Assembly (NCBI GenBank): GCA_026026165.1
Contig: JAPEUD010000037.1
Coordinates: 62,001-126,000 of the forward strand
Length of the DNA: 64,000 bases
Reading direction: 5' to 3'
From: Sarea resinae
Lineage: Eukaryota
The notes under the pieces were generated by a model, which saw nothing but the letters and a program-made list of their open reading frames with translations, had not been told where the DNA came from and made no database searches. Below, piece by piece: positions 1-12,540 of the stretch. Made by a program: the position numbers and the translations under genes. Positions within the stretch are counted from its first letter, which is position 1. Each line of letters begins with the position of its first letter.

Positions 1-909
1 GTAACAGAGTCTCCGCTGATGAGCTTGCAGTCGTGAAGATCAATTTCTAACATATGCGGGCAATTCTCAGCAAGAGCTATTATCGATCTGTCTGTCAACT
101 GGGAGCAGTAATTGAGCTTGAGCTGTAGGTTGTCAGCTTCACTGTTTTGTTCCGGGCTTAGTGTTACCCACCCTTTTCAGGTATCTGCAATTCTCAGAGA
201 TGGCGACCAATGAATCGTCCGTCACCTTATTGCAACCGGTGATATTCAAACCTTGCAATCTCACAGAATTGTTTGCCACCGTCAACAACGTGCGGTCCGT
301 GATCGAGTCCACTCCTGACACATCCAGTGCCAGAAGACTCCTATTCCCGTCCACAAGAGATATAACGCCCAAGTCCGTCAGCTTGTGGCAGCCCGTCAAG
401 GTCAGCCTCTCTACCCTTCTGCAGACTTCTAAAGGTTTCACTGATCCATCGCTGATGATCTCCCCGAGGTTTGATAGATTCAATCTCTTTACCAGATCCG
501 AATAAAGAAATAGCCCGGTTGGCTTCCGTACTGACTGTATCACGTTGACCAGTCTGTTCCACTCGTTGCATAACGGTCGATGCCACAGAAGATCCACGCT
601 ATTCCTTGCCCAGGCTTTCGAAACCAGCATGCAGTTCCTCAAATCCGCTGGCGATGATGCTAGCTTGGCAAAGATCGCTATGAGAAGTTCTGGTGGAAGT
701 CTATCGATAGGTGAATGGCACTCCTCTGTATCTCTATTCTCTACCGTCATGTCCCTGAAAGTTGAAACCCCAAGAGAGGACTGCGAGTCGTTGGGCTGCG
801 CCATGAAGAAGTCTGTGTCATCGTACGCGGCCCTTTCCGGAGAACTAGATGATGACGATTCCGATGTCGGATTGCTCGTGATGCGAATGATCGGGCGTGG
901 CCGAGCCAT
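1..909 (-). CDS. GRR1: SCF ubiquitin ligase F-box/LRR subunit Grr1 (3' part runs off the window start)
   Basis: F-box (IDRLPPELLIAIFAKL...CMLVSKAW) followed by cysteine-containing LRRs (VERLTLTGCHKLTD, LQGLNITGCNKVTD). ATG at 909; GT-AG intron 123-171 restores the frame (...YLKR|LKLNYCSQLTD). Confidence 0.93.
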
Positions 910-2278
910 GATGGCTGACTCCGGTGAATCGATGCCGCGCTGTAGCCTCTCCACCCCCGTGACACCGAAATGCGAGTACTACCCCGAGTGTCCTTTTCTG
1001 CGACGTAGCTATTGCGAAGCAAGGCAAAAGCCGAAGGAAAATGGCTAGATCTGGAAGGAGCCGGGGCCAGGTGAGAGCTGAGTAGGTACAACGAGTTTCT
1101 GCCTTGGTAATCCAGTATCCAACAAGTCGTGGTGACGGAGCAGTGCGTGGCGATGATTATGCTATGTACGTCTCCCTGCGACAGCTTGTGTCGTGCTTGA
1201 TAATGATGAGGATGGAATGTCTGGTATTTATCTAGCGCGGCAGGAGGATCGACGATGCTGGTAGGGCGCACCTAGGAGTAAGGCTCGTGGAGGAAAGCGG
1301 GGGAGCGAGCAAATAAGCGCCGGTCAGACAGGACGAAGGACACCCGCGGTCGGCCGCCAAGCTCGTGTTGATGCCTTTCACGTTGGGCAGAGATGAGTGT
1401 CTCGAAGAAGTCTTACAGTCGGCGAGGATTGGGAGCGGTTGAGGTAGAGCAGAGGTGATTGATCGATTGAGTGAGTGAGCGAGCGAGTGTAGTGTAGTGT
1501 AGTGGTGTTGGGGGTTTAGCTACTGCGTAGGATCGTGACGAGGGTGACAGGGCCCGTTCCAGACTCAGCCGTCAGCAGTCTGTTTATTGCCTTTGCCCGG
1601 GGATGAGGAGGATGCGGTTGCGATACTTGTCCTGGCTGTGCTGATTGCCCCGACTCTCCTGATGACAGTACCTCGACGGGCTCCTCCGTGAGGCTGTGAT
1701 GCATATGGCGATCTTCCACTTGGTGCTGCCTTCTCCTGTTTGTCTTGTCTTGTCTTGTCTTGCCTCGTCCTCTGCTCGGTCGCAGCCTCAAGTTCGGGTG
1801 TGTCGCCCGCAGGGATGCGTGTTCGACATCGGTGCTGATCGGGTCGAATGGGGGATCTGTATGAAGTACTCTGTACTCCATAATCACAAGATCGAAGCCC
1901 GCATGCGACAAAGTACAGGCGCTGCTTTGTCATCCACCGTGCTCTCTACTCAGCGCCACACCTCAAGTGGGTCACGACGCAAGTATCGAGAACCTCATCC
2001 GCGACGATCGCAGAGGTATCTTGTACGGCTCGAGTTCGACATTCTATTCTGAGGGACCTTCCTGATCGATTCCAAAGAGGACTTGTGCACGTTTCAACCT
2101 TCCAGCCGCCCCCCTTTCATCTCTCATATATCCTCATGATCTCATATCTTAGAAGACCTATGCATGGGACTCGGGGTGACAGTTGCACGATGAGGATCGC
2201 TCTCTCTTCGTATTTTAATCATCTAGCTACTGGGTCTATTCCAAGGCACATAGACTTGCTTGACATCTCCCTCTCCCA

Positions 2279-4231
2279 TCATTTCACCTCATCCCTATCC
2301 GCCCCCTTGGCCCACTCTCGTAGGACATTCTTCTTCACCTTCCCCGTGCTCGTCTTTGGCAACTCGGGCACGATTTCGACCGCGCGGGGCACCATGAACT
2401 TGCTGATGTCGCTCTGATGCTTCGCCCATTCGATTACATCTTCGCCGCGGAGGTTGTGTCCGGCCTGTGCTGTCACGAACGCTTTGGGCCGTTCGCCCCA
2501 ATGGGAATCGGCGACAGCTACGACGCCTACTTCGAGAATATCGGGATGCATGGCCAGCATGCTTTCGAGAGCTACTGAGGATATGTTCTCGCCGCCTGGA
2601 CTCGAAGATGAGGATGGTCATTGGAATACATGAGGAGCAAGACTTACCGCTGATGATGATATCCTTGGCCCGATCCAGGATCTGCAGAGAGCCATCTGGA
2701 TGCCACACGGCCAAGTCCCCTGAATGCAATACGCCACCTGCGAAGAGTTTTCTCGTTGCTTCGGCGTCCTTGTAGTACCCCTTTGCGCAGATGTTCCCAA
2801 TGAAAACTACCTCCCCAATCTCCTTGCCGTCCTTTTTCACGTCAATTAGAACATCCTCGGCAAGGTCGGGTTTTATGACTCTGATAGGAAGACTCGTCAA
2901 AAATCCATGGCCCTGTCGTGCCATCCTCTTGTACTTCTGCTCGGCTGGTATGGTGTCCCACTCTGGCAGATAGTATCCCTTGGTAATCGGGCCATATGTT
3001 TCGGTCAGGCCATATACATGGACAGGATGCAGATTGAGATTCGTCATTTGCTCGAAGAGATGAGGGGTAGGAGGACTTGCTGCCACGGTCACCCGTACCG
3101 GAACCTCGAGGCGCTCAGCCTCTTTGGCCACACACAACATCGTGTTCACTGTTGGCGCGGCATTGAAATGGGTGATGTTCTCCTCTTTCAGCATCTTCCA
3201 GATCAGAGGTGGATCGATCTTGCGTAGGCAATAGTGCGTTCCTCGAACAGCAGTTACACTCCAGGGGAATGTCCAGCCTGTTCAGGTCAGTAAGCTACCG
3301 TGGTTTACGTTTTGCCGCTACTCACCCATGGCATGGAACATTGGTAAAGTCCACAAATAGCGGCATCGATCCTTGTGGTAATTCAAGCCGGACTCGACTA
3401 CATTTCCTAACGCAGCAAGGTACACTCCTCGATGAGTGAACTCGACGCCTTTTGGTCGGGCTGTTGTACCACTCGTATAAGCCAGCGCGATGGTATCCTC
3501 CTCGTTGGCAGCTTGGGTCGCAAGGCCATCCCAACCACGACTTCCTTGCGCGTGGTCAAGATTCAACCCCTCTAGTACAGCATCATCGAATGGTCCGCTC
3601 AACTCCCCCTCGGTTGCATCTGTGTCGGTGTCGACGATCAATGGTATGTGTGGGTTTGTATCTCGGAATTCCTTCAGAAGAGGCAAGAATTCTGCATCGA
3701 CGACGACAACTTGAGCATCGGAATGTGCAAGGATGTAAGCGATGTTGTCTGGCTTCAGCCGGTAATTTACAGCTATTCAAACAATGTCAGGACAACTCTG
3801 CTGGCCTTTTGACGGTCATAACCCACAAACGTTGACTGCTCCTGCTGCAGCGATTGCAAATATCGACTCGTAGAATGTCGGCGTATTCGGGCACAGTAAT
3901 CCAACTCTTGTATAGCCATGTGTCTTCAGATAGTATGCAAAACCTCGCGCACGATCCGCAGCCTCCTGATAAGAGCGCCGTAGTACCTTGTCATTTGCCG
4001 TGACATGATAGATTGCTTCGGCCTAATATGTATTAGCTTTTCAATGTATGCAATGCTGGATACACGGCCATTTACGTCAGGTTCAATCGATGCAGCCCGA
4101 GGTAGAAATATCGTGGGCGATAGACTGTGGATGTTGTGTTTGGCTTGCGGGACTGGGTCGGATGGAGGTGACGGCGAATGATGAAGGAAGTGTGACGTTA
4201 ATTTGGCCAATCTTGACGTTGTTCCAGACAT
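2279..4231 (-). CDS. AMP-binding acyl-CoA synthetase / fatty-acid-CoA ligase, multi-exon
   Basis: Adenylation motifs YTSGTTARPKG, YGLTE, HSGD, DRAKDIIISG|GEN, LPKTSTGK across exons joined by GT-AG introns; N-terminal RLAKLTSHF. Confidence 0.92.
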
Positions 4232-5227
4232 GGCTGCAGAGAAGTAGAGATCTTGTGGTCGGAGATCTCAATGCTTAGCAGTAGCCAAAGTACTCATCCA
4301 GAAAACGCGGGGTAAAGCGCACGAGGAACGAATGTTGATGGCGCGCTCTGAGAGGATGTTGGGAGATGGCCGAATTTATTCCTTTGCATCGTACCCCGAG
4401 TCGGGAAAGCGCTGTTCACTTCCATTGAGAGACTTGAAATACACATACATTTCCGTCATTAATAATGATACGTGGGGACCTGGACCGGGGTAGATATGGG
4501 GTCAGTCAACTACCGATTGCGGGGATTGTGGGGAAATGACAAAGCCCGAGTCCCGGGGCTCCCTCGGCGTTTAGAGGTCGAACAGCTCAGAACGGCAGTG
4601 AGGGCGGTGCTTAAACTCCGAATGCTGTACTCCAAAGTGATGAAGAAGACAGACTGGGCTATTTCCAGCTTTGATACGCTTATTTCCATATTGGGCCCTC
4701 AGCAGGCCCGCAGCATGGGTACCTACTAACCTTTGGGTTGCTGTGTCCACGAGTATTCCACTACTGACACTCGGACATTAATGATTCTCCTACGTAGCAT
4801 CCATCTATGAGCTCCACTCACTATATAAACATGCACAAGCACATCCCGAACGCAAGTACTCCATGGTGACCTTGAGTTGGAACGCATCCACATACGTTTT
4901 CACATTGAATCAAAACAGCTTTCACTTGAATCATCATCATCATCATCATCATTGAGCAAATATCATTTGAAACCTTTTCGACTACTTGCAAGTAACGTGC
5001 CAGTATTAAGAAAAAGGTGTACACACAAGTCTAGACCGACCCTATGTGCGCAAGCTGAGAAGTAACGGGATATCCGTCAATCCTCTCGGATACACTTCCC
5101 CGTTCGTACTTGTCTTCCGTCCAGGTCGACAAGTTTAGATATGGTTTTCGGTTTAGAGTAAACGTCCGCTTCCTGAGTCCCAACTACACTCGTCCCCTTT
5201 CCCCGATCGTCGTGCTCCAGTTGGCGC

Positions 5228-6108
5228 TTAGTAGCCGTACTCAGCAAGCTGGTACTTGGTAGTCTCGTCAACCTTGGCGTTCTTCTGGGCTTCTGATTGT
5301 TGTCTTCGGATAGCCTTCTTGCGTGCGTAGTATGCAGCGCTCTTAACTTTTCTCCTCTCCTCAAGTCTATTAAGAGTTAGTATCCATATCAGAATAATCT
5401 ATCGTAATGACGCACCTCTCAACAACGTCCTTGTACTTCCAGCCAACCTCGTGGCTCAGTCTGCCAACGGTGCAGTACTTCCTCCCAGGCTTCAACCTCA
5501 AGACTCTCAGGGCCTGAGGAACGACGAGTCTCTTCTTCTTGTCGTATGGGGCCGGGACACCCTCGAAGACCTTCAAGCGCTCCATGGCAGCGGCACCACG
5601 AGCGGTCTTGTGGGGAATCATACCACGGACGGTACGGTAGAAAATACGGGACGGGGCGCGGAAGTGGAAAGGTCCTGTCGGTTGAGTTAGATTCATGTTT
5701 GGGAGGGTGTGGCATGGTTTCATTACCTCCTCGAGTCGGGTTGTATCGGGTCATCTTTCGGAGGAAGGCCAGGTACTTCACTGTGGCTGTCGTCAGCATC
5801 GTGATCCCAAAACTTTGCAGCTTTCTGGAATTCAGAACGTACGTTTCGCGCGGAAGAATTCCCCAGAAAGGTTCAAGGCCTCGCATCTGACAACCACGAC
5901 CTTCTGACCGTTGAGCAGCTGCTTAGCCACGGTGCTGGCCAGACGACCGAGAAGGTGTCCCTTGCCGTCGATAACGACCTATACATCATGCGACACCGGT
6001 CAGCTCTATGACTCTTTCGATGCGCTTTGATCTGGCGCGACGGGAAAGCGATTGACGGCGAAGTTGATGGTGGCACGAAGCACTTACGACGGGATCGAAG
6101 GACGACAT
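5228..6108 (-). CDS. RPL16: 60S ribosomal protein uL13 (L16/L13a)
   Basis: Exons MSSFDPV | [33 protein letters not shown]... | [27 protein letters not shown]... | [13 protein letters not shown]...AEYGY*; stop at 5228-5230. Confidence 0.97.
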
Positions 6109-6292
6109 CCTGGTCGATGTTCTGCTGCAATTCGTGGATCAAGGGCCGATTAACCGGTTCTCCTATTCCTTCGAACGTGGAATGGAGATGTCGAATTTGT
6201 CGTTGTCGTCGTTGTTGGTCGAGTCGATCAATCAATGGCAGTTCGTGAGGTTCTTCTAGCGATTCTCGCTTAACGATGTGTGCGAAGCAGTC

Positions 6293-6308
6293 AGGGTGAA
6301 CCCTAAGA
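6293..6308. promoter_or_regulatory. Inverted AGGGT-GA-ACCCT / CCCTAA element upstream of RPL16 (Tbf1/Homol-E-like)
   Basis: agggtgaaccctaaga about 190 bp upstream of the RPL16 ATG; the 10-mer AACCCTAAGA recurs upstream of STM1 (60403-60412). Confidence 0.45.
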
Positions 6309-6669
6309 AGTACGAGTACAAGACGGATACGCGAGGTGCGATTTATTCTCTGAGGTAGGCACGAAGTTACGATCCTCTCTCCTAAGGTAGGTACATCGTA
6401 CTCCGCAGTACTACGTAGTATGTAGACGAGACTGCTGCTTACTAAGTCAGCCTTGCTATCAGATGGATATCAGATGCTCAGCCTTCTCTCTTGCAACACT
6501 GTTGAGCACAGACGACGAGATGCTTTCTATCATGTTGTGGTCTGCAAACGTCAATGAATAGTACGATATTTTACTTTGACCCGTTCTTTCTCTTTGCACT
6601 GAAGCTGTCCTCGGAAGCCGTACCAGGTGTCCTGTATTCATTGGCATCGATTTGAGAATTGCACAATTT

Positions 6670-7065
6670 CTCTGGAACCTCAGTAGCGTGATAAGCGTCC
6701 TGGCTTCACGCTGCCATCTGCAAGGAATTATGTGTCAATTCATGGTAACGGTGCCAATTCACTTCATCGCCCCTTTGTAATTTACTGGCATACAGTAGTC
6801 GACCTCAAACTCTCGCAAGGGGTCGAATCCGCATGTGAGTGAATACGGCAGCCAGCGGTAAAGGCTTGAGTTTCTCAACCAGGTGGCACTATCCTTATGG
6901 ATATCGGGTGAGTTGGGCGGAGGAGATGATCCATGGATCCAGTGCACTTGAGACAATAATAGCTCGAGCCCGAGTAACTCTCGGCTGCTGCGGGCCCATC
7001 GAATGGCAGCCCGAGCCCAAAGGCAATCCATTCCGGGCGCAAATCTACCTTACTCCATACCACGA
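6670..7065 (-). pseudogene. Decayed C-terminal fragment of an HSL-family alpha/beta hydrolase (Abhydrolase_3)
   Basis: Joining frames on the minus strand gives GLPFDGPAAAESYSGSSYY...PLAAVFT/CGFDPLREFEVD/YASKLQRGDEVNWHRYHELTHNSLQMAA*SQDA, matching the (C/A)GFDPLRD..Y..KL...V....Y..LTHGF pattern, with frameshifts and an internal TGA. Confidence 0.7.
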
Positions 7066-7431
7066 TCCACCATTCACGGCCAACAAGGAGATAGAGATTC
7101 GCCTCGTCTCATGGAAGCGCGAGCGGTCGAGATATTGAGGTGTAAAGTGCTGCTGGACTGAAGTAAGGCCCGAGATCGGTCCCATATATCGACCTTCCTT
7201 TCATTTTCCGACAACAACATTTACGTATGGATGTACTTCGTCGTTGAAGTACTGGAGTGGAGCTTGAGATGTTCTAGACTCGGTAGAGGCGAGGAGGAAA
7301 TCAATGACTAATCAAAGCTCGCTCTTCTGCTTGATCGCCTACTCTGTAGACGTTCCCTTTGGCTTCAATTCACTTTTCGACGTCTCCATCCTATCAATTG
7401 GCAGCTTCGGTTATCCAAGACAAGAACAGAC

Positions 7432-7980
7432 ATGTCTACCACTATTGGTCTCGGGGTTCCACTCCCCAAAATGCTACGTTAGTACTTACTCTTCATTGCT
7501 CACCCTGCTCACTCCACTCCTCAGAGTATCCCTGGCTGATAGACTAAACGTACAACAGCCGTCACCGGCACTTGGGCACTTCCCTTCACTGCCTACCTCT
7601 TCGTCCTCACCGGCCGCATCGTCAATGCTCGCATCAAGAACGACCGCTCCCTCGGCGACAGCATCTCCAGCACAGGACCAAATCATGACAACCCTGACGA
7701 ACTCTACATTGCGACGCGCGCACACGCCAACTTCCTTGAGAACGTGCCTCTCGCTTTTCTGCTTGCAGGTATTGCTGAACTCAATGGGGCAAATCGCAAG
7801 GTGATGAATTGGGCGTTTGGCGCTCTCTTTGTGTTGAGGATTCTGCATGTTGAACTGGGCTTGAAGCAGAAAGGCGGCGTGGGGTTGGGAAGACCGTTGG
7901 CATTCTTCGGGAGCTCTGGGTTCCTGGGTGGATTTGCTGCTTATGGTGCTTATCTGGTGAAGGGATACTGGGGATATTGA
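7432..7980 (+). CDS. MAPEG-family membrane protein (microsomal GST-like)
   Basis: Exon 1 7432-7477, intron 7478-7558, exon 2 with RAHANFLENVPLAFLLAGIAELNG and R.LH motifs plus hydrophobic helices. Confidence 0.88.
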
Positions 7981-9109
7981 CATGGGATTGTTGTCCTGTA
8001 AGATTAAAGTGTAAACAGCGTGTAGTCATTATTTCATGAATCGTCTCATGCTTTTTGTTACTGGCTTGATATTTTATCTATGACTTAGTTCAGGCCGCTC
8101 GAGTGCAGAAAAAGCGGGCGGATGCAACTATGCAGTGCTAATCTACCTAGTCTCCAGAACTTCCCCTGCATTTCGATGAATGGTTGCGAGAGGCACCAAC
8201 TGGACAACTTCTCAGCTCTATGACAGCAAAATAGTCAATGAAACACGTAATAAATGCAGCAAGACTGGCGTAGTCTTCATCTATGAACTTGCTTTCGCCA
8301 CGAATCCTGCTTCTCACAGCTGACGATGTGCTCCAGCTGTGACAGGAAAGGATGATGATAGACTACCTAGTACTCGAAGGCTATAAGATGCCCTCAAGCG
8401 GTCGACACGATGATCTTCCCCTTTCTTCCATAAAACCTCTTCGAGCACCTTATAAGAAGCACTTGATTCGAAACTAAAATCAGCATGTTCATTTATTCCG
8501 ACTCCCACAACCATCACAATGCTTTCACTCCACTCTATCCTTTTTTTCGCCAGCCTTGCTACCAGAGCGCATACTGTTAGTGTGTATGCGGATAGCAAAT
8601 GTGTGCTACCTAAAGCGATAGAAAACTGATCAATACTAGCCAATTGGCACTGTCTACTGGAAGTCGTCAAATTGGAAGCGAACCAGAGAATTGTGACCGG
8701 CCAGAAGATGGTGTTTTTGATGTATCTTACCGGTCTACGAGCTGCATTCATGATAAATTCAAACAACAAGAGGCAGCAATAAATATAAACCAATGACTGA
8801 GTGATATATGCTCACGGCCGTGGGCTGTTGCAATGTTGCTGTCGGTAAAGTGGCCGGGCACCAAGGGGCAGGGGGTCTCCAGATTTCGGCCCGCAAATTC
8901 ACACCATTCGCACTGTTTTGGCTTCAAGCGAATCGAGCCAGTCACCTGTGCGGTTTTCCTCAGGGTAAACAAACCAACGTCACTGCCATCACCCCTCCGA
9001 CCCTCACTTGCCATCTACCACGCGTCATCCATCTCTGCAAACGCACAACGACTCTGCTTCTCATCGAGACATCCATCAACATACCAGCAGCATCTCTCTC
9101 GGGGACACA

Positions 9110-11255
9110 ATGTCGCCTCCTCGTCGTAGGTCGGCTCGTCTACGGAGTGGCGCGACTCCAGAGGTGAGTAAACAAACGCGAAACCTTGAATCAACCGCCT
9201 TGGTATCTGCTGAGGATGATCGTTCAAAGGATGGCGCATGCTAACTGCCACCAGTCACGTAGAGCTACGCCACTGAAGTCTAACAGAATCTCTCCTGTGA
9301 TGGAGCGGGACGAGACCCCAGCTTCGAGCATACGAGCAAACCTCGACACCATCCTCTCATCTCCCATGCCATCACCAAACGTATCAATCCGACGCCACAG
9401 TTACCGTCGGCAGCCCTCTGTCACTCATACTCCTCCGGCCGAGCGATTGTATCCGAATCTCGAAGAGATGCATCCAAGCAAAGTTCAGCAGAGCACGACA
9501 AAGCAACCCGACTCTGGTCTTCGTCTCGGTTTTGTCGATATTGGCGCCAAGACAGCGCCTTCGAAGGGTAGCAACACGCTACATGCCACCCAAGAGACTC
9601 CGACCAAGTCTAGAGGCCCAGTCCATATGTCATCTCCAGGCTTTGACTTCAAGTTCGACAACACCGAACTGGTGCTGAGTTCAGACGCGCAAAAGATGAT
9701 GGAACAGATTCGTCAGGAGGCTGCCAAATACAAGGCTGAGATTGAAGAACGCGAGAGGACGAACGGCGAGAATGGCACATCAACGCAGACAGCTGGAAGA
9801 AAATTCGCCAAGGCAAAGGGCAAAGCGGGCAGATACAGTGATGTGCATTTGGCCGAATTCAAAAAGATGGACTCGATCGCAAACCACCCCTCTGCTTTCC
9901 GTGCACAGTCCGGACGAGCTCAAGCTCCGCCTGTCACACCGGCAAGCAAATCACTCAAACGAACAAAGTCACAGGCCGGGCTAGACGATGCTGAGCAAAC
10001 CTCACCCACGAAGTCGGTTAGGGCTGTCCGCACAGAACAAAAGGAGGAACGTCCAGAGTCAGGCCAGGCCAAACGGGTCAAACGCCACGTACAGGATGAC
10101 GCTTCGGCTGCTCGCCCACCATCCCGCGGAAACGACTCCAACCCTACGACTCCCGTAGGAGTGCGGACCAGACCGACTGCCTCGACCGTGTCAACGCCAA
10201 CAAAGGCCACCCTACTCCGTGCGGCCAGCGCCAAATGTCCGAAGACATCCATTGCTTCCTTCAGCCGGTCTTCTACGAAACCTCTCGCCACCCCCACCGC
10301 AACCCGCACGGAAGGGAACAACAAGTACAAATCTTCGCTTGCCAGACTCAGCGCTATGAAATCGATCCTTCGTCGTCCTCAACCATTGTTCGGGTCAAAA
10401 CTTCCCGCGGCCAATACCACTTCTCCAGCCAAGCCCCTCTTCGACTTGAACAAGGAGTTGCCCAGTCTACCCACCACGTCAGGACGAGGCAAGGTACCGG
10501 CCTCGCCAACTGTTAGACACGTCGCCTTCACCCCAGATGCCTTGTCCAAATCGAACCTTGACGATGGTAATGCGGTTCTGCCTTCCCCTTCCCCAGTCAA
10601 GCAAATCTTCCACTCGCACAAGAAGTCCAGCACGACAGCCACCCCAACAGTATCCTACCCGACCCTCTCACTCGCTGCGCCTCAGAGCCCCAGCCCGATC
10701 AAAGCCACTGCTTCGAGTGGTGTCCCCGCTCCGGTCCCGGGAACCTTTACCTTCCGTACCACCAAGCGTCTAAACCTGGGCAACACGATCCGTCAGGTGC
10801 AGCCAGAGGCCAGCCTCACGTCTTCTGCCAACGCGAATTATGTCTATCCAGTCGTCATGCCATCCCCGACCAAGAAGACATGCGCAACTATGCCGTCCAC
10901 CAACCTTCCCGCCGTTCCACACGGTCTGTCCAACAAGAAACGCCGTCGGGAGAGCTTCTCGCCGTCTCCCTGCCCTTCTTCGGACTACGAAAATGGAGAA
11001 GAGGCCAAGGAAAACCACTCACCATCGCCGTCGAAGAAACGTCGTACCAATCTCGGTAGCACCACCACCAAGGACGTCGGTGGGAGGGGACTTGAAACCT
11101 CACCTATCAAAAAGGGTAGGCTTGCCACGAACCGATCGCCCATCAAGTCAGCGTCTAGGTCGAAGATCCCTGGTCCTCCCAGTGGTAGCGGTGGTAAAGG
11201 CATCTTGAGTCTGAGCCGCTTGAATGCGCTTGCGCGGCCCAGAGAGAAAAAGTGA
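9110..11255 (+). CDS. Basic, Ser/Pro/Thr-rich hypothetical protein; candidate microtubule-associated (NuSAP-like motif)
   Basis: Exon 1 9110-9163 (MSPPRRRSARL...), intron 9164-9254, long ORF; block GRYSDVHLAEFKKMDSIANH, many SP/TP sites, NLS-like KKRRR, C-terminal SRLNALARP. Confidence 0.8.
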
Positions 11256-11639
11256 GGGCCGTACGCGTCTGCGGTAGTGGCGAGGGATTAGATCTGGTTC
11301 CGAGCGATTTGGGCGTGCGAGTCGACTAGTTTGGCTAATGTCTGGTGTTGCTGTTGGATCGACATTGGATGGTTTTCTCGTCGTGGATTGGACTGAATGG
11401 GGGAGTGTTCTTCCATCACCTTGTTCGCCCTTTCTCTCTTGCTTGCTTCCTTGCTGGCGTTGCTGATGCCGTGATGACCTTCTGTTCTTGCTTCTTCTTT
11501 TTCTTCCTTTTTTCCTTTTTTCCTTTTTCTCTTCCTTCTGCTCGCCCTTAGGGATCTGGCTATTGTTTCTTTTATTCTCCTTTTTACTTTTCTCCTCACA
11601 TCTCGTGAGAATAATCGTGTCGGCACTGCGTCATGCACC

Positions 11640-12486
11640 ACGCAGAGCATAGCGGCATAGCGGCATAGTGGTAGCTACAGGGTAAAACGGTTGTTTTGAT
11701 CGATTGATTGTCCGTCTGTCGGTTTTCCTGTCTGTCTGTCCGTGACACTATGCTATGCTATGCTATACCATGCCATCGCCATTCATGGGCCGCCATCTGC
11801 TCTGCCTTGCCCTTCCTGGTTCTCCAAGGCGTTGCATTGAATTGCACTGCACTGCATTGCGTTACCTTCCGTATCGTAGCGTAGCGTAGCATCCCCCGTC
11901 TCGCAAAAGAGGCCCATGGTCTTTGTCTTGCATCTCACGTCTCCCATCCTATATCCTATATCCTGCATCCTGCCTGCCCCATCTTCCCATTTCCCCATTT
12001 TCCACAAGTGGGCGCCTCGATTCGGTTCGATCCGATCGGATCCGATCGGATCCGGTTCGAGTCTTTGTTTTCATCCAATTCGTTCGGGCGGGCGGGCGGG
12101 CGGGCGGTCATTGTTTTTTTTTTTTTTTTTTAAAAAAAATAAAAGAAAAATGTTTTCTTTCTATCCTCTTCTCTAGCGGCGGGGTGTGATTCATACGGGC
12201 CAAGAATGAGAAGAAGAAGAAGAAGAAGAAGAAGAAGAAGAAGAATGAGAAGAAGAATGAGAAGAAGAATGAGAAGAATGAGAAAAGGGGATACGGGGAT
12301 AGTACTTACCTACCTACATACCTATCTACCTACCTGCCTAGTATGTCTAGTATGTATGCTTCCATCTAGTATGCGATGGATAGTAATAATGATAGGAATA
12401 GTAATAGTAATGGATGCGGATGCAGACTTGCAGGCCAGAGAAGAAAGAATGAAAGAAAGAATGAAAATAAAATTGTTGATTCATCC

Positions 12487-12540
<54 letters not shown>

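Noticed and set aside
6670..7065. A-to-I editing rescue of the esterase premature stop
   Set aside because: Multiple frameshifts and a missing N-terminal half cannot be repaired by editing.
12020..12065. GGTTCGA words suggesting a tRNA T-loop
   Set aside because: No cloverleaf or A-box; part of a GATCC/GATCG repeat.
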